A stretch of DNA of 64,000 nt from Epithemia pelagica (Eukaryota > Protista > Bacillariophyta), in the NCBI GenBank assembly GCA_946965045.2, contig OX337232.1:3844001-3908000 (forward strand), read 5' to 3'. The stretch's first letter is position 1. The number at the start of each line of letters is the position of its first letter. Shown here one piece after another: positions 50,710 to 59,982 of the stretch. The notes under the pieces were generated by a model that was not told the origin of the DNA, did no database searches, and worked only from the letters and a program-made list of their open reading frames with translations. The position numbers and the translations under genes were made by a program.

Positions 50710-52155
50710 TTAGTCTTCATCGGACGATGACGAAGCCACACTCTCTTGGTCCTCTTCCTCTTGGTCATAGCTGGTTGTACTGTCGTCACTATCATTCTCT
50801 TCTTCTTGTTGTTGTTGCCTCATGGACGATTGTGCCTTGCTTTTGTGGAAGGCAGTGTTGGACGAGGGGGGTAACTTGCCATTCTTGACCCGCCACGAGT
50901 CTGTATTCTTGCCACCGTGATAGTCAAACTTGAAATTCATTTTCGGAACCGGTCGATAGGCGGCTTCTTCCCGTTCCTTTTTCGTCTTGAGATCCGCTTC
51001 AAAACTCTCCTTGGCAGCAGTATTTTGAGTGCCATTGTTCCATTCCTGATCAAACCCTTCTTCTCCCTCTGCTCCATCGCTGTCCGAGTCATTCGCACCT
51101 TTGCGACGAGTTGGACTATTCATGGCTTCCAATGTACCACGTGGATGAATACCCTTGATGACCTCGTCTTCGGTTTTGGCACCCGTTTCGACGTACCGGA
51201 TAAATGGCCCCGATGGTGGCTTCAAGGCAGGAAACGAGAGAGTGTACGTAAAGGGTTTGCTAGGAGGCTCTTCCTTTTTCTTTTTCTTCTTTTTCTCCTT
51301 CTTGGGTGGAGGAGGGGGAGGAGTCTCGGGTCGTTCCTCTTCTTCCTCTTCCTCCACAAGTTCGACAATTTCTTCCTCTTCTTCTTCGGGAAGTTGATTG
51401 ATTTCATGACACTTGAGCATGGCCTGATACAATCCTAGATCCGCCATGATATCACAGAAAATGGCCAACTTGGTCTGATACTCCTGTATGGATTCCAAAA
51501 CTTGTCGATCGGCAATGTGAGGTAGACAAGTGGTGTTTTGCACGTGTTCGCAAGCTTCTTCGCAGGAAGCCAATTGGTTGTATTCGGCAAAGCCATTACG
51601 GACCAAAAGGGCTCCGAGCTGGAACTTTGTGTATCCGTATTGCTTTTCCAATTCCAGTGTCGCTGGCGTCAAAGTCGTCAAGGCCGTGCTGGTTTGCTGC
51701 AATTGCTTGTTCCATTCCACCAGCCGACGACGTGTGCTGACTTTGACATTGTACTCGGGTTCGCCGGCCGAATTGATCTCTTCGGTACTGGTCGTGACTT
51801 GTAGATCTTGTTGCACCGTCTCGGTAAAGGTGGACAACTTTTTGGACACGTTGCAAAAGGCATGGTAGGCCGGCTCGGCTTGTCCGGTACCCGACTGGGC
51901 CAAAAAGAACTCGTACCGTGTCAAAAAGGAGTTGCGCCATCGCGTAAAGTCACTTCGAGTACAAATGTCGGGCAATTCGGCCAACCGTTGTTTCAATTCG
52001 GGATCTGTCTTTAACGGGTTGGCACCAATAACATGTGGTTCGTCGCCGTATTCGGAGGAAATCAAGAGAGGATGCGACACGAGCGGACTCACGGGAGGAG
52101 ACGACAACCGGCCCACACCTCCTTTGGACGCTTGCTGCGGAGATAGCGTATTCAT
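50710..52155 (-). CDS. Hypothetical protein, paralogue of the downstream gene (~481 aa)
   Basis: NPLKTDPELK…F.RW…GYTKFQLGALLVRNGFAEY…ADRQVLE…FCDIMADLGL aligns with NPLDQDPVLK…GYTKFDMGAVLVRDGFVEY…ADRQLLE…FCGIMGNDLGL. Confidence 0.8.
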   Translation of the reverse strand: MNTLSPQQASKGGVGRLSSPPVSPLVSHPLLISSEYGDEPHVIGANPLKTDPELKQRLAELPDICTRSDFTRWRNSFLTRYEFFLAQSGTGQAEPAYHAFCNVSKKLSTFTETVQQDLQVTTSTEEINSAGEPEYNVKVSTRRRLVEWNKQLQQTSTALTTLTPATLELEKQYGYTKFQLGALLVRNGFAEYNQLASCEEACEHVQNTTCLPHIADRQVLESIQEYQTKLAIFCDIMADLGLYQAMLKCHEINQLPEEEEEEIVELVEEEEEEERPETPPPPPPKKEKKKKKKKEEPPSKPFTYTLSFPALKPPSGPFIRYVETGAKTEDEVIKGIHPRGTLEAMNSPTRRKGANDSDSDGAEGEEGFDQEWNNGTQNTAAKESFEADLKTKKEREEAAYRPVPKMNFKFDYHGGKNTDSWRVKNGKLPPSSNTAFHKSKAQSSMRQQQQEEENDSDDSTTSYDQEEEDQESVASSSSDED

Positions 52156-52499
52156 ACGGACAGACTTGTGTGTGTGTGTCGCGATATGATTGTCTCTCTC
52201 GACAACAAAGTGAATCAATGATGAACAAAGGACCACTCGCTTGGAATGAATTGTGTCAATCAAGTTTCGAGTGAGATGGGTGACTTGTCGAAAACGTCAA
52301 CACTGGGTTGGGACACCCATGAAGGTTTTGTGTACAGTGGGCTGGCCAATTGTTTTGTAGATATGACCCAAAAGACCAAAGGGAAAAGTCATTGAAGAGA
52401 CCCAACAAACATTCTGATGGGAAGTGTGATTCGTGTAAAAATGAACACAAAACCTGACGGTCAGACGGTCCGACCGATCACAACAGCTCATATCGGTCG

Positions 52500-53651
52500 A
52501 ATCACCATGGACCACAAACTACGGCCTCCAAGAACCAAGAAGGGTCCGTCAATGTCGACGAACGCGGTAATTTCAGTATTCAAGTACTCGAGACGTGTCT
52601 CAATCGATACTTTGCCCTACAACAACAACAACAACAGCATCACGACCAACTGAGTCACGACGAAGGAGATTGGTTGCCTCATTGAACCGATTCTGTATTG
52701 AAAGACCGTTTGGGTCTGCAAGACACTACTCAAGTGACGGCCTTTTTGTTGCACAAATCCGATCATTGAATGGCCATTCGGCAAGTGGCTGGACGCTTTT
52801 TTAATTTCAACTCAACCACCTTGGAAAGACCGGTGCCCATTTCGCATTTTGAATTGGGGACGCAATTGTCGCAAGCCCCACAACCTGGAGCGACGGGTGG
52901 ATATACCGTGTTTTGCGTGGCCGCCCCCTCGCAGTGATTGCCTCCGCCACACATTGGAGACTATCCTCCTCCCACACCGTCGTCGTCTTCTTCTATAATA
53001 GGAGGAGGTACGTGGCACAACATGGCAGATTTGCTCATCCACAGTTCCACAACAATGCGCTACAGGCCTTTTCGTCGCAACAGCAACTCGTACAATCCTT
53101 CAGCAATCCGAATACTGCTACGACACCTAACAAACCTCGAGTCGATCCTTGGACCACAGTCACGGGCGCAGGGCGTCGTCTCGATGGCAAGTCCACAGTG
53201 CCGTCGTCCTCCTCCATGAAATATGGCCATTGAAGGATTGACCGAAGAAGAGCAACTGCAATTAGCAATGCAATTGTCTTCGCAACCACCAGAACCGGTC
53301 CAAACGAGTAGCAGCCAAACTAAACTTGCCAATCTGACAGTTCCGGAGGAACCACTGATTGGAGCTCCAGACACTTGTCGAATTCAGTTCCGCTTCATGG
53401 GCCAGACCAGCAGCAAAAAGTCACCGGTTCTGGTCCGTCGTTTTCCCAACCGTGCACTTGTCCAAGTCTTGTATCTGCTCTGTGGTCAGCACTATCTGGA
53501 TGGCCGCAACGATAGTATGGACGTGGAATTGCGAGCGGCAGCCTCCTTTCCACCTCGAAATTTGGATTCCTTGCGGAACCAAACCTTGCAAGAAGCAAGT
53601 TTGATCCAAGGTGAAACGATTCAGGTACGTATCATCTCAAAAGGATCCTAG
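52500..53651 (+). pseudogene. Ataxin-3-like (Josephin + UIM + UBX) pseudogene
   Basis: NVDERGNFSIQVL…FLLHKSDH*MAIRQVAGRFFNFNSTTLERP…GYTVFCV (Josephin), GAGRRLDGK, LTEEEQLQLAMQLS (UIM), RIQFRF…LVRRF…FPP…TLQEASL (UBX). TGA at 52683, 52767, 52935 plus two frameshifts. The catalytic-Cys N-terminus is not found. Confidence 0.8.
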
Positions 53652-53878
53652 TTAGTAGAGATGATCAAGGGACAGATGAGATGCGGCATCCATCCGCTCG
53701 GGTGAGGAAACAGGGCCGGATGGATCCGTGATGATACCCCACGTGTTGCAGTCGTATTACATGGGAGGCAAAGAGCAAAGAGGTTCTTGTGCCTCCTTCG
53801 ACGGATGAATTTAGAGTCCTACGGCTGCTATGCAGGGAACAAAGCAATCGTGCAACGCATTTCTTTTTTTCCTTACTC

Positions 53879-55723
53879 TTACTGAATCTTATTTTCACTA
53901 GCGAGACTTTCCACATCATCGTTAAATTCATCTATTGGAATCTCGTCGTCGTCGTCGTCTTTGGTACGTTCCACCGCAGCCTTGGATGTCCCGTTTCCTC
54001 CCGTTTTACCCCGGAAGGAACGGCAGAAGAAGAGGAGGAGCAAGAGAGCGACAACCGGAACGAGAACGGCTACGACAACAATCCCGGGAGAATCCGGACC
54101 GGACGATGACTCATTCTCCGTACCGGCCACGGGAGCGTCACTTTCCAAGACGGGGGGAACATTGTCATTTTCTTGGTCCGCACTGAACTTGAGACCCGTA
54201 ATGGGATCCACATCGGAGTCCATATTCATCCAGTCGTGATCCCCCGCTTGAGTAATGGTGAGAACGTACAGGTCATTGTGCGTGGCCGCGTCGAGTTGAT
54301 CCCAGGCATTGGCAGTCAAAAAGACATCCCCATTGCTCGTTGGTGCAGTACCGACAGGAGGCCGCAATTCCATATTGACCAATTGATCGTGTCGCTGCGA
54401 ATCAATTTGTCGAATGAATTGCGTGGCTCCACTCCCCGTATCTAGTTTGAGAACCAGAATGTCCCGGGTGGGTGTCGTCGTGTAGGCACTGTTTCCGTTG
54501 CGCGCTGCCAGCAGTGGTTGGCGGGTGGCCGTCAATGGCCCTTGAATGGTCCCACCCACCAGGACTGCGTCCTCGTGGACGACGCAATGGGTCAATTCCA
54601 GCACGCCACCACCGCCGCCCACTCGAAATTGCCGTTTCCAGGCCGGATCTCGACCGTGCGTATCGATTTTGAGGACAAACCCGCTAAAGCCTCCGCTCTC
54701 CGTATTGGTAGGATCCAGCTCAAACTGTCCGGTCGTGGTACCCACGACGTAGGCCTTGTCACCCTGCAGGCAGACCCCCAGGACGACATCGTCCTTGTTT
54801 CGTTGCGATCGAATAATTGTGCCAATGTTGTTGTGCGTTTCACTGTCATAGTCGGTCAAATCGACCGTCCCTTGTTGGGCATTGACCCAGGTCATGTACC
54901 CGTTCCAGACGAGGCCATTGGACAAGGCACCGGCGCCGACCGTCATTCCGTTGCCCGTGGTAGAACCGAAAACGACCAATTCCCGGCCCTGGTTTGAGGG
55001 GACCAAGCCCATGCCCGTGACCAAACTCTTGCCACCGGTCGTATCCAGGACGAGTTGCCACTCAGTGGTCTTGGTCTGGCGATTGAACTTGAGAATCATG
55101 GGGGAATAGGTCTGGGCCTGCGGGCCGGTCAAGCCCGTGTAACGAGGATGAGAAAAGTGGGCCAGATACTCCTTGGTGGACTGCAGGAGGTTGCTCGGGT
55201 TGAGATTGTTGTGAAAGCCGTGGGTGGGATGGAGGGCCACATACACAAACTCTTGATTGTCCGGATCCGGTACGAGCAAGGCCGGAAAGTATCCCTGCGG
55301 CAAGGTCAGCAGGGGAGGCTGGACCAGAGTCATGTCGTAATTGTCGTAATTCATTTCGTACAGATATCCCTGTTCCTGGTCCGCCTCCATGGTGGTCAAG
55401 ACACCGTGCGCATGTCCCGAGTTGCCGCCGCTCGGGGCAGCGTCCAGGACCATGTCCAGACACAACGAGGACGGCATAAAGACTTGTCGATGCATCCCCA
55501 CGCCACGGTCCACCGACAGGTAACAGGATGGGGTTGTGGCTTTGGTATCGGCCCCCAACGAAAAGAGGCGAATTCCAGTCGGATCCAGGGCACTCCCGTA
55601 GACCACAATGGTGCCCAATTCCGAACCGGTTTCAAAGGCTTGTACCACCACCATCGACCGGGGGCCCCAAAGGAGGACGAGGACAGAACAGAGACTCCAG
55701 ATCACGGCCGCTGTCATTGTCAT
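53879..55723 (-). CDS. Type I membrane protein with signal peptide and beta-propeller-like ectodomain
   Basis: Hydrophobic N-terminus, repeats LVVFGSTTG / AYVVGTTTG / VLVGGTIQG / DILVLKLD, single C-terminal TM (GIVVVAVLVPVVALLLLLFF), acidic tail. Confidence 0.75.
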   Translation of the reverse strand: MTMTAAVIWSLCSVLVLLWGPRSMVVVQAFETGSELGTIVVYGSALDPTGIRLFSLGADTKATTPSCYLSVDRGVGMHRQVFMPSSLCLDMVLDAAPSGGNSGHAHGVLTTMEADQEQGYLYEMNYDNYDMTLVQPPLLTLPQGYFPALLVPDPDNQEFVYVALHPTHGFHNNLNPSNLLQSTKEYLAHFSHPRYTGLTGPQAQTYSPMILKFNRQTKTTEWQLVLDTTGGKSLVTGMGLVPSNQGRELVVFGSTTGNGMTVGAGALSNGLVWNGYMTWVNAQQGTVDLTDYDSETHNNIGTIIRSQRNKDDVVLGVCLQGDKAYVVGTTTGQFELDPTNTESGGFSGFVLKIDTHGRDPAWKRQFRVGGGGGVLELTHCVVHEDAVLVGGTIQGPLTATRQPLLAARNGNSAYTTTPTRDILVLKLDTGSGATQFIRQIDSQRHDQLVNMELRPPVGTAPTSNGDVFLTANAWDQLDAATHNDLYVLTITQAGDHDWMNMDSDVDPITGLKFSADQENDNVPPVLESDAPVAGTENESSSGPDSPGIVVVAVLVPVVALLLLLFFCRSFRGKTGGNGTSKAAVERTKDDDDDEIPIDEFNDDVESLASENKIQ

Positions 55724-55768
55724 GGTCCTACGGTACGTTGTTGCGAATGCCGAAATCGTAGGAGAGAC

Positions 55769-56130
55769 AGGGGCCTCAGAAATACATGGCAGATACATGA
55801 TTGGGTTAGAAATTTCACAAGACATAGACAAGACAGCAAAATACTTAACGAAAAATCAGACCAGACATGTCTTCTCTTACCTGTAGACATCGCGCGCCAC
55901 GCGCAAAAAGCCACGGAATCCTGCCGACTTCCCCACGAAAAAGATGAAAACGACGAGGAGTTCCGCTCCAACACGATTCCATGCCAATGAGACCGGTCGC
56001 GGTTACCGTGGCCCAGGACATGGACAATGGTGTCCATGTTTCTGGAAGGACAATGGACAGAGAGACGATGACTGGCAAGGAGGATGACTCTCCACCACCT
56101 CCAGCACCAAGGGTGGTGCTGCACAACCCT
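55769..56130 (+). mobile_element. 5' end of DNA-transposon-like element 1 (left terminus plus first ~88 codons)
   Basis: Collinear with 59983-60345 (aggggc…atgattgggttagaaa…atgtcttctcttacc.gtagacatcgcgcgccacgcgcaaaaagccacgg). Homology stops at aaccct 56130. Confidence 0.85.
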
Positions 56131-59100
56131 GTTAGGAAAATATAGGGGGATCTGGCAGAAGAAGAGGGGAAAAAAGAAGGAGAAAAAAAGAAGAAGAAAA
56201 GGAAAAAAGAAAAAGAAGGAAGAAATTATGGTAAGATTCCCTTCGTCGAGAACGTGCGATTGCCGCTATCAGAATGTGATCTAATTGGCTGCTGTCTTTG
56301 TCACTGTTTCTGCCCCTGTGTGCAATGTGTGGTGAGTGCGTGGTGGACCACGAAGCAGGAAGGAGGGGATTTGGCAGATCCCCACTACCACAGTACGTAT
56401 GAGTCCACGGTAAGTGCCTGAAGCGACTGTCTTTTGCTTAAGGTAAACAGTGTCATACTCACATATGCCCGATTGCTTCTCCAGCGAAGATATTAGCATT
56501 CACCACAAAAGAGTGCGTAGAAGTCTCGTACCACTGGTACAAGGTAAGCCTAGCTACGGCAGGATTTCGGAAGTGGTTGCTCATTTTCCTCTAGCTCATT
56601 ATTTCTTGGACGATGGTTTTCTCACTGCTGTTGTTGTTCGTATCGTTAATTCTTATTTTGCTATTTCTTGCGTGTACAGCACCATGGTACGTTGTCCCAG
56701 CCAGGTGCACTGATATTCCATTGATCGAATTGGTTGTTCTAACATTTTTCTTTTTTAAAATGGTGGTCGGTTACTCTGATGGTTTCGGCATGATTTGTCG
56801 TGTGGTGGAATGCCTCTACGGTTTCCCCGATTCCAATATTGGATGTTGCGAATGCAACAGTTCTGTATTGGCTGCATTTGAGCCGGGGCAACAGGCGGTT
56901 GATGTGGCTGATGAAGATTCCCAACGGCCGGGCACATGATCGTCGAGAGAAAAGCTGCTTGTTGCAAGAGCTGCTGTTGTACCTGGTAAATATTGGGCAT
57001 CGATGATGGTGCCAACGGTGGTTGTTGTTGTTGTGGTGGTGGCGGTAGTGGTGGAAGACTGGGCTGCTCCCTCATTGTTGGCTGTTTCTGGTTTGTGGTA
57101 ACTCGTGTTGTCGTTGTGCTTGTTGCGTTGATTTGGTTCTGTTTGACAGGCCGAGTCACTTGGATTGGTTCTTGTTCTTGAGCACTTGCCTCACACTCTT
57201 GCATCTCGCTGTCTTCTTCTTTTTCCTCCTCCTCTTCTTCTGGTTCTTTATCGTCTTCCATGTCCTGGTCGCTACCACTGTCCGAGTCTTCGCGGTTCGA
57301 TATTTCGTCGTCGTCGTCGTCGTCGTCACATTCGAGCATTGTCTCATTGTTTGTTGCGTCCTCTGTTGGTTCATTGCATTCGTTGCAGGGGCAGTGGTCA
57401 TTGCTGAGGAATGCCACTGGCCATGTTTGTTGGATCTGTTTTTGTATCGGCAGGTATTCGGAGAAGAATCGTTCTCCATTGTCAGGAGGTAAGTCTTCGA
57501 CCCAATCAAATGGTTTGCTCGCTCCACAACGAACTGCCAGTTTGTTGATGAAGGCAAGCTCCTGGTGATTGAAGTGACTAACGACACTTTCCCATGCTGC
57601 AGGCATTTTCGTGTTCCTCTCCTCCATTGAAGCCGAGGCTAAACGGATTTTGAGCCGGATTTGTTTGTTATATCGTGCCGTTCCACAGAGGTTGATGACA
57701 TCACTGAGATCCTCGTGCATTCCTCCATTTGCAAAGTGTGCGAGATTGTCATGCCATGATTCGAGCTTCGACTCGCCCCGGTAAGAAATCCACTCGCTGA
57801 GCCCATGTTTTGAATTTGGACCTGGCTTGATCTCACGATACATTTCACTTACAGGGAGTGGGTCCGAGAGATATTCTGCCTTTTTCTTGCAGTTCTCAAT
57901 GGCAAGGTGAGTGTCCATTGTAAACAGTGTTTGTTGCGTCCTTGGGTCGACTCGTCCTCTTGCTGCTCCAGATCCCTCTGACGCAGTTACCTTGTACTTG
58001 CATTTCCATTCTTCAAGCTTGGTGATGATTGTTTCCTTCCGCCTGATTCTTTTCCGTAAGTGCTTGCCGTATCGTGTCCGAAACTGCTTTGTCTGTCGCA
58101 TTTCAACAATCTCTTTGTCAGACAGTTTCTCACCTGTACTTGACATTGTGCCATCTTTCAGAGCCGTCACAAGTTTGTTGAAGTCGCGATCATCATAGTC
58201 GTACAATGCATCCAACAAATCTCTTATTGCGTGTCCGAAGTCGATATGGTTCTTTCGTAGTGTCTTGACGATCCTCTGAATGAAATGGAAGAGTCCTAAT
58301 CTTCCCTTGAGCTTCCTTCCATTCTTGTCACGCAACAATTCCTCCCAGAAGCTTTGCTTATGGGGCCAGGTGTCGGAATACATGATTGAGGGTTTAAAAT
58401 TTGGTCGCTTGGTGAGTTGAATTAATGCATGGGCGAAGTGTTTTGTCTCCGTGCTTCTAACCAGAATAGCCAATGCTACCTCGCCATGTTCATTGCAGAT
58501 ATCCCACAGTGCTTCGGCTTGCAGTCTCTTCGGGTAGTTCTTTACCACCTGGTGAGTGTGATCTTGTGCGAAGCATATCTGACACTGTACCGCTTGTATT
58601 TCGCGTGTGTGTCGCTCTTTATCGCTTGTTCGCCACGGATTCCACGTAGACATTGAGGCTTCAAGGTATGCCTTCCGAATTGTCTCGCCCAATGGTGGAA
58701 ACCGTGTCAGCCATTCGCCATCCTTCTTCGGGTAGTCCTGAGCCTTTTGGTGCGATGAATCACAGAAAGACAGGTAGCTTGTAAGCCTCTTCCTGTAATC
58801 TCGGTTGATTGCACTATATAACAACCGACTACATAGATCTCCATTCCCATGGGTAATCAGTAGTTCCTCAAAAACAGTTGTAGCAGTGAGGTCTAGATGT
58901 TGAGCACCTCTAGCCCACTTGGCCTCGACCGGGTACCATTTTTGAAAATGTGAGGGCAGCATATTGATCAGCGCCCCATCATTACCGGCGTGCGTGACCT
59001 TGCATTCCGGGCAGTAGTAGTTGGTGACCAGGGCGTAGTGGGGAGCACCACCAAGATTAAAAATCGGAAATAGGCTCTTGGTCTTGGAAAGGTTGGTCCT

Positions 59101-59982
59101 GTCTCTTTTTAGAGTACAGTCCCTACACTTTGGACACTTAATCCCCAACGCTTGAAATTCTTCCGGAAGGAACAGCCCCCAATCCACAATGTACAATTTC
59201 TGTCCTACTATTGAGTCCCAGAGGGCATTGTTGTTGTCGCGCACCTCCGGCACACAAAACTCCATGTTGCGCATGTACGCCTTAAGTGACGACAGGTCAC
59301 GCTTCTTCTCTAAGCAGTTTTCAGCGATCGTCTTGGCCAGCGCGTAAACCATCTTCGGACAGGAAATCGAGGTGTCCGGCGCGACTTCCTTGTACTTGTC
59401 GAGTACCGATCGCATGAATACATAGTCCGCCGACCCAACTGAAGACACGACTTTATTATTGATCAGTGATGTCGTGCGCGCAACACAGTTCTTTCTTCCT
59501 CCCCGTTTACTTGAAAGCTCGATATCCGCCGTCGTTATGGTTGTGGCTTCGTTTGAAGCCTCACATTCTGTTTTGTTGTTGAGTTGGAAGAAGAGGTTGA
59601 ATTCCTCTTGGCTCATGATGATGGGCTTGAAGGTCACCTCCCTTGTTGCCTCCTTCTTCAGCCTTTCTTCCTCTCTCAATGCTTCCACCAGATGATCAGG
59701 GATGCCCTTGGTCTTTGTGTTCTTGGTACAAAACTCGTGGTGAGATCGTTTGGGGGGCTTGATACCCAGACGCTTGGCAGAACAGATTCTGCAGTCCCTG
59801 TCTTCCTCAAATGCCTTCTTCTTCTCCAGGGTGAGTTGGTTCAGTCTTCTTGCTTCCTTCTTCTTCTTTGTTGACTTTGTTTGGTGTTGTGCTAACGATT
59901 TCGCCCGTTTTGTTTGGTTGTTTCGTCGTTGGCTTTGGCAACCCATGCCCTCCTGGTCACTGGGTTTCCTTTTGTATAGAGG
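56131..59982 (-). mobile_element. Inverted body and 3' tail of element 1
   Basis: Contains the transposase-like ORF and a 3' tail homologous to 63525-64000. Confidence 0.8.
56755..59946 (-). CDS. Putative DDE transposase (MULE/ISL3-like catalytic pattern, DUF6729-like Cys domain), 5'-truncated copy 1
   Basis: CxxC…HHxxC, CPKC…CxxC, FAQDHT (D), MYSDTW (D), RLGLFH, RGESKLESWH (E), C-terminal CC…W…PPH…C. Confidence 0.7.
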   Translation of the reverse strand: MGCQSQRRNNQTKRAKSLAQHQTKSTKKKKEARRLNQLTLEKKKAFEEDRDCRICSAKRLGIKPPKRSHHEFCTKNTKTKGIPDHLVEALREEERLKKEATREVTFKPIIMSQEEFNLFFQLNNKTECEASNEATTITTADIELSSKRGGRKNCVARTTSLINNKVVSSVGSADYVFMRSVLDKYKEVAPDTSISCPKMVYALAKTIAENCLEKKRDLSSLKAYMRNMEFCVPEVRDNNNALWDSIVGQKLYIVDWGLFLPEEFQALGIKCPKCRDCTLKRDRTNLSKTKSLFPIFNLGGAPHYALVTNYYCPECKVTHAGNDGALINMLPSHFQKWYPVEAKWARGAQHLDLTATTVFEELLITHGNGDLCSRLLYSAINRDYRKRLTSYLSFCDSSHQKAQDYPKKDGEWLTRFPPLGETIRKAYLEASMSTWNPWRTSDKERHTREIQAVQCQICFAQDHTHQVVKNYPKRLQAEALWDICNEHGEVALAILVRSTETKHFAHALIQLTKRPNFKPSIMYSDTWPHKQSFWEELLRDKNGRKLKGRLGLFHFIQRIVKTLRKNHIDFGHAIRDLLDALYDYDDRDFNKLVTALKDGTMSSTGEKLSDKEIVEMRQTKQFRTRYGKHLRKRIRRKETIITKLEEWKCKYKVTASEGSGAARGRVDPRTQQTLFTMDTHLAIENCKKKAEYLSDPLPVSEMYREIKPGPNSKHGLSEWISYRGESKLESWHDNLAHFANGGMHEDLSDVINLCGTARYNKQIRLKIRLASASMEERNTKMPAAWESVVSHFNHQELAFINKLAVRCGASKPFDWVEDLPPDNGERFFSEYLPIQKQIQQTWPVAFLSNDHCPCNECNEPTEDATNNETMLECDDDDDDDEISNREDSDSGSDQDMEDDKEPEEEEEEKEEDSEMQECEASAQEQEPIQVTRPVKQNQINATSTTTTRVTTNQKQPTMREQPSLPPLPPPPQQQQPPLAPSSMPNIYQVQQQLLQQAAFLSTIMCPAVGNLHQPHQPPVAPAQMQPIQNCCIRNIQYWNRGNRRGIPPHDKSCRNHQSNRPPF

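Noticed and set aside
53879-55831. 650-aa ORF start at 55831
   Set aside because: The first ~21 codons are antisense transposon sequence. The signal peptide starts at ATG 55723.
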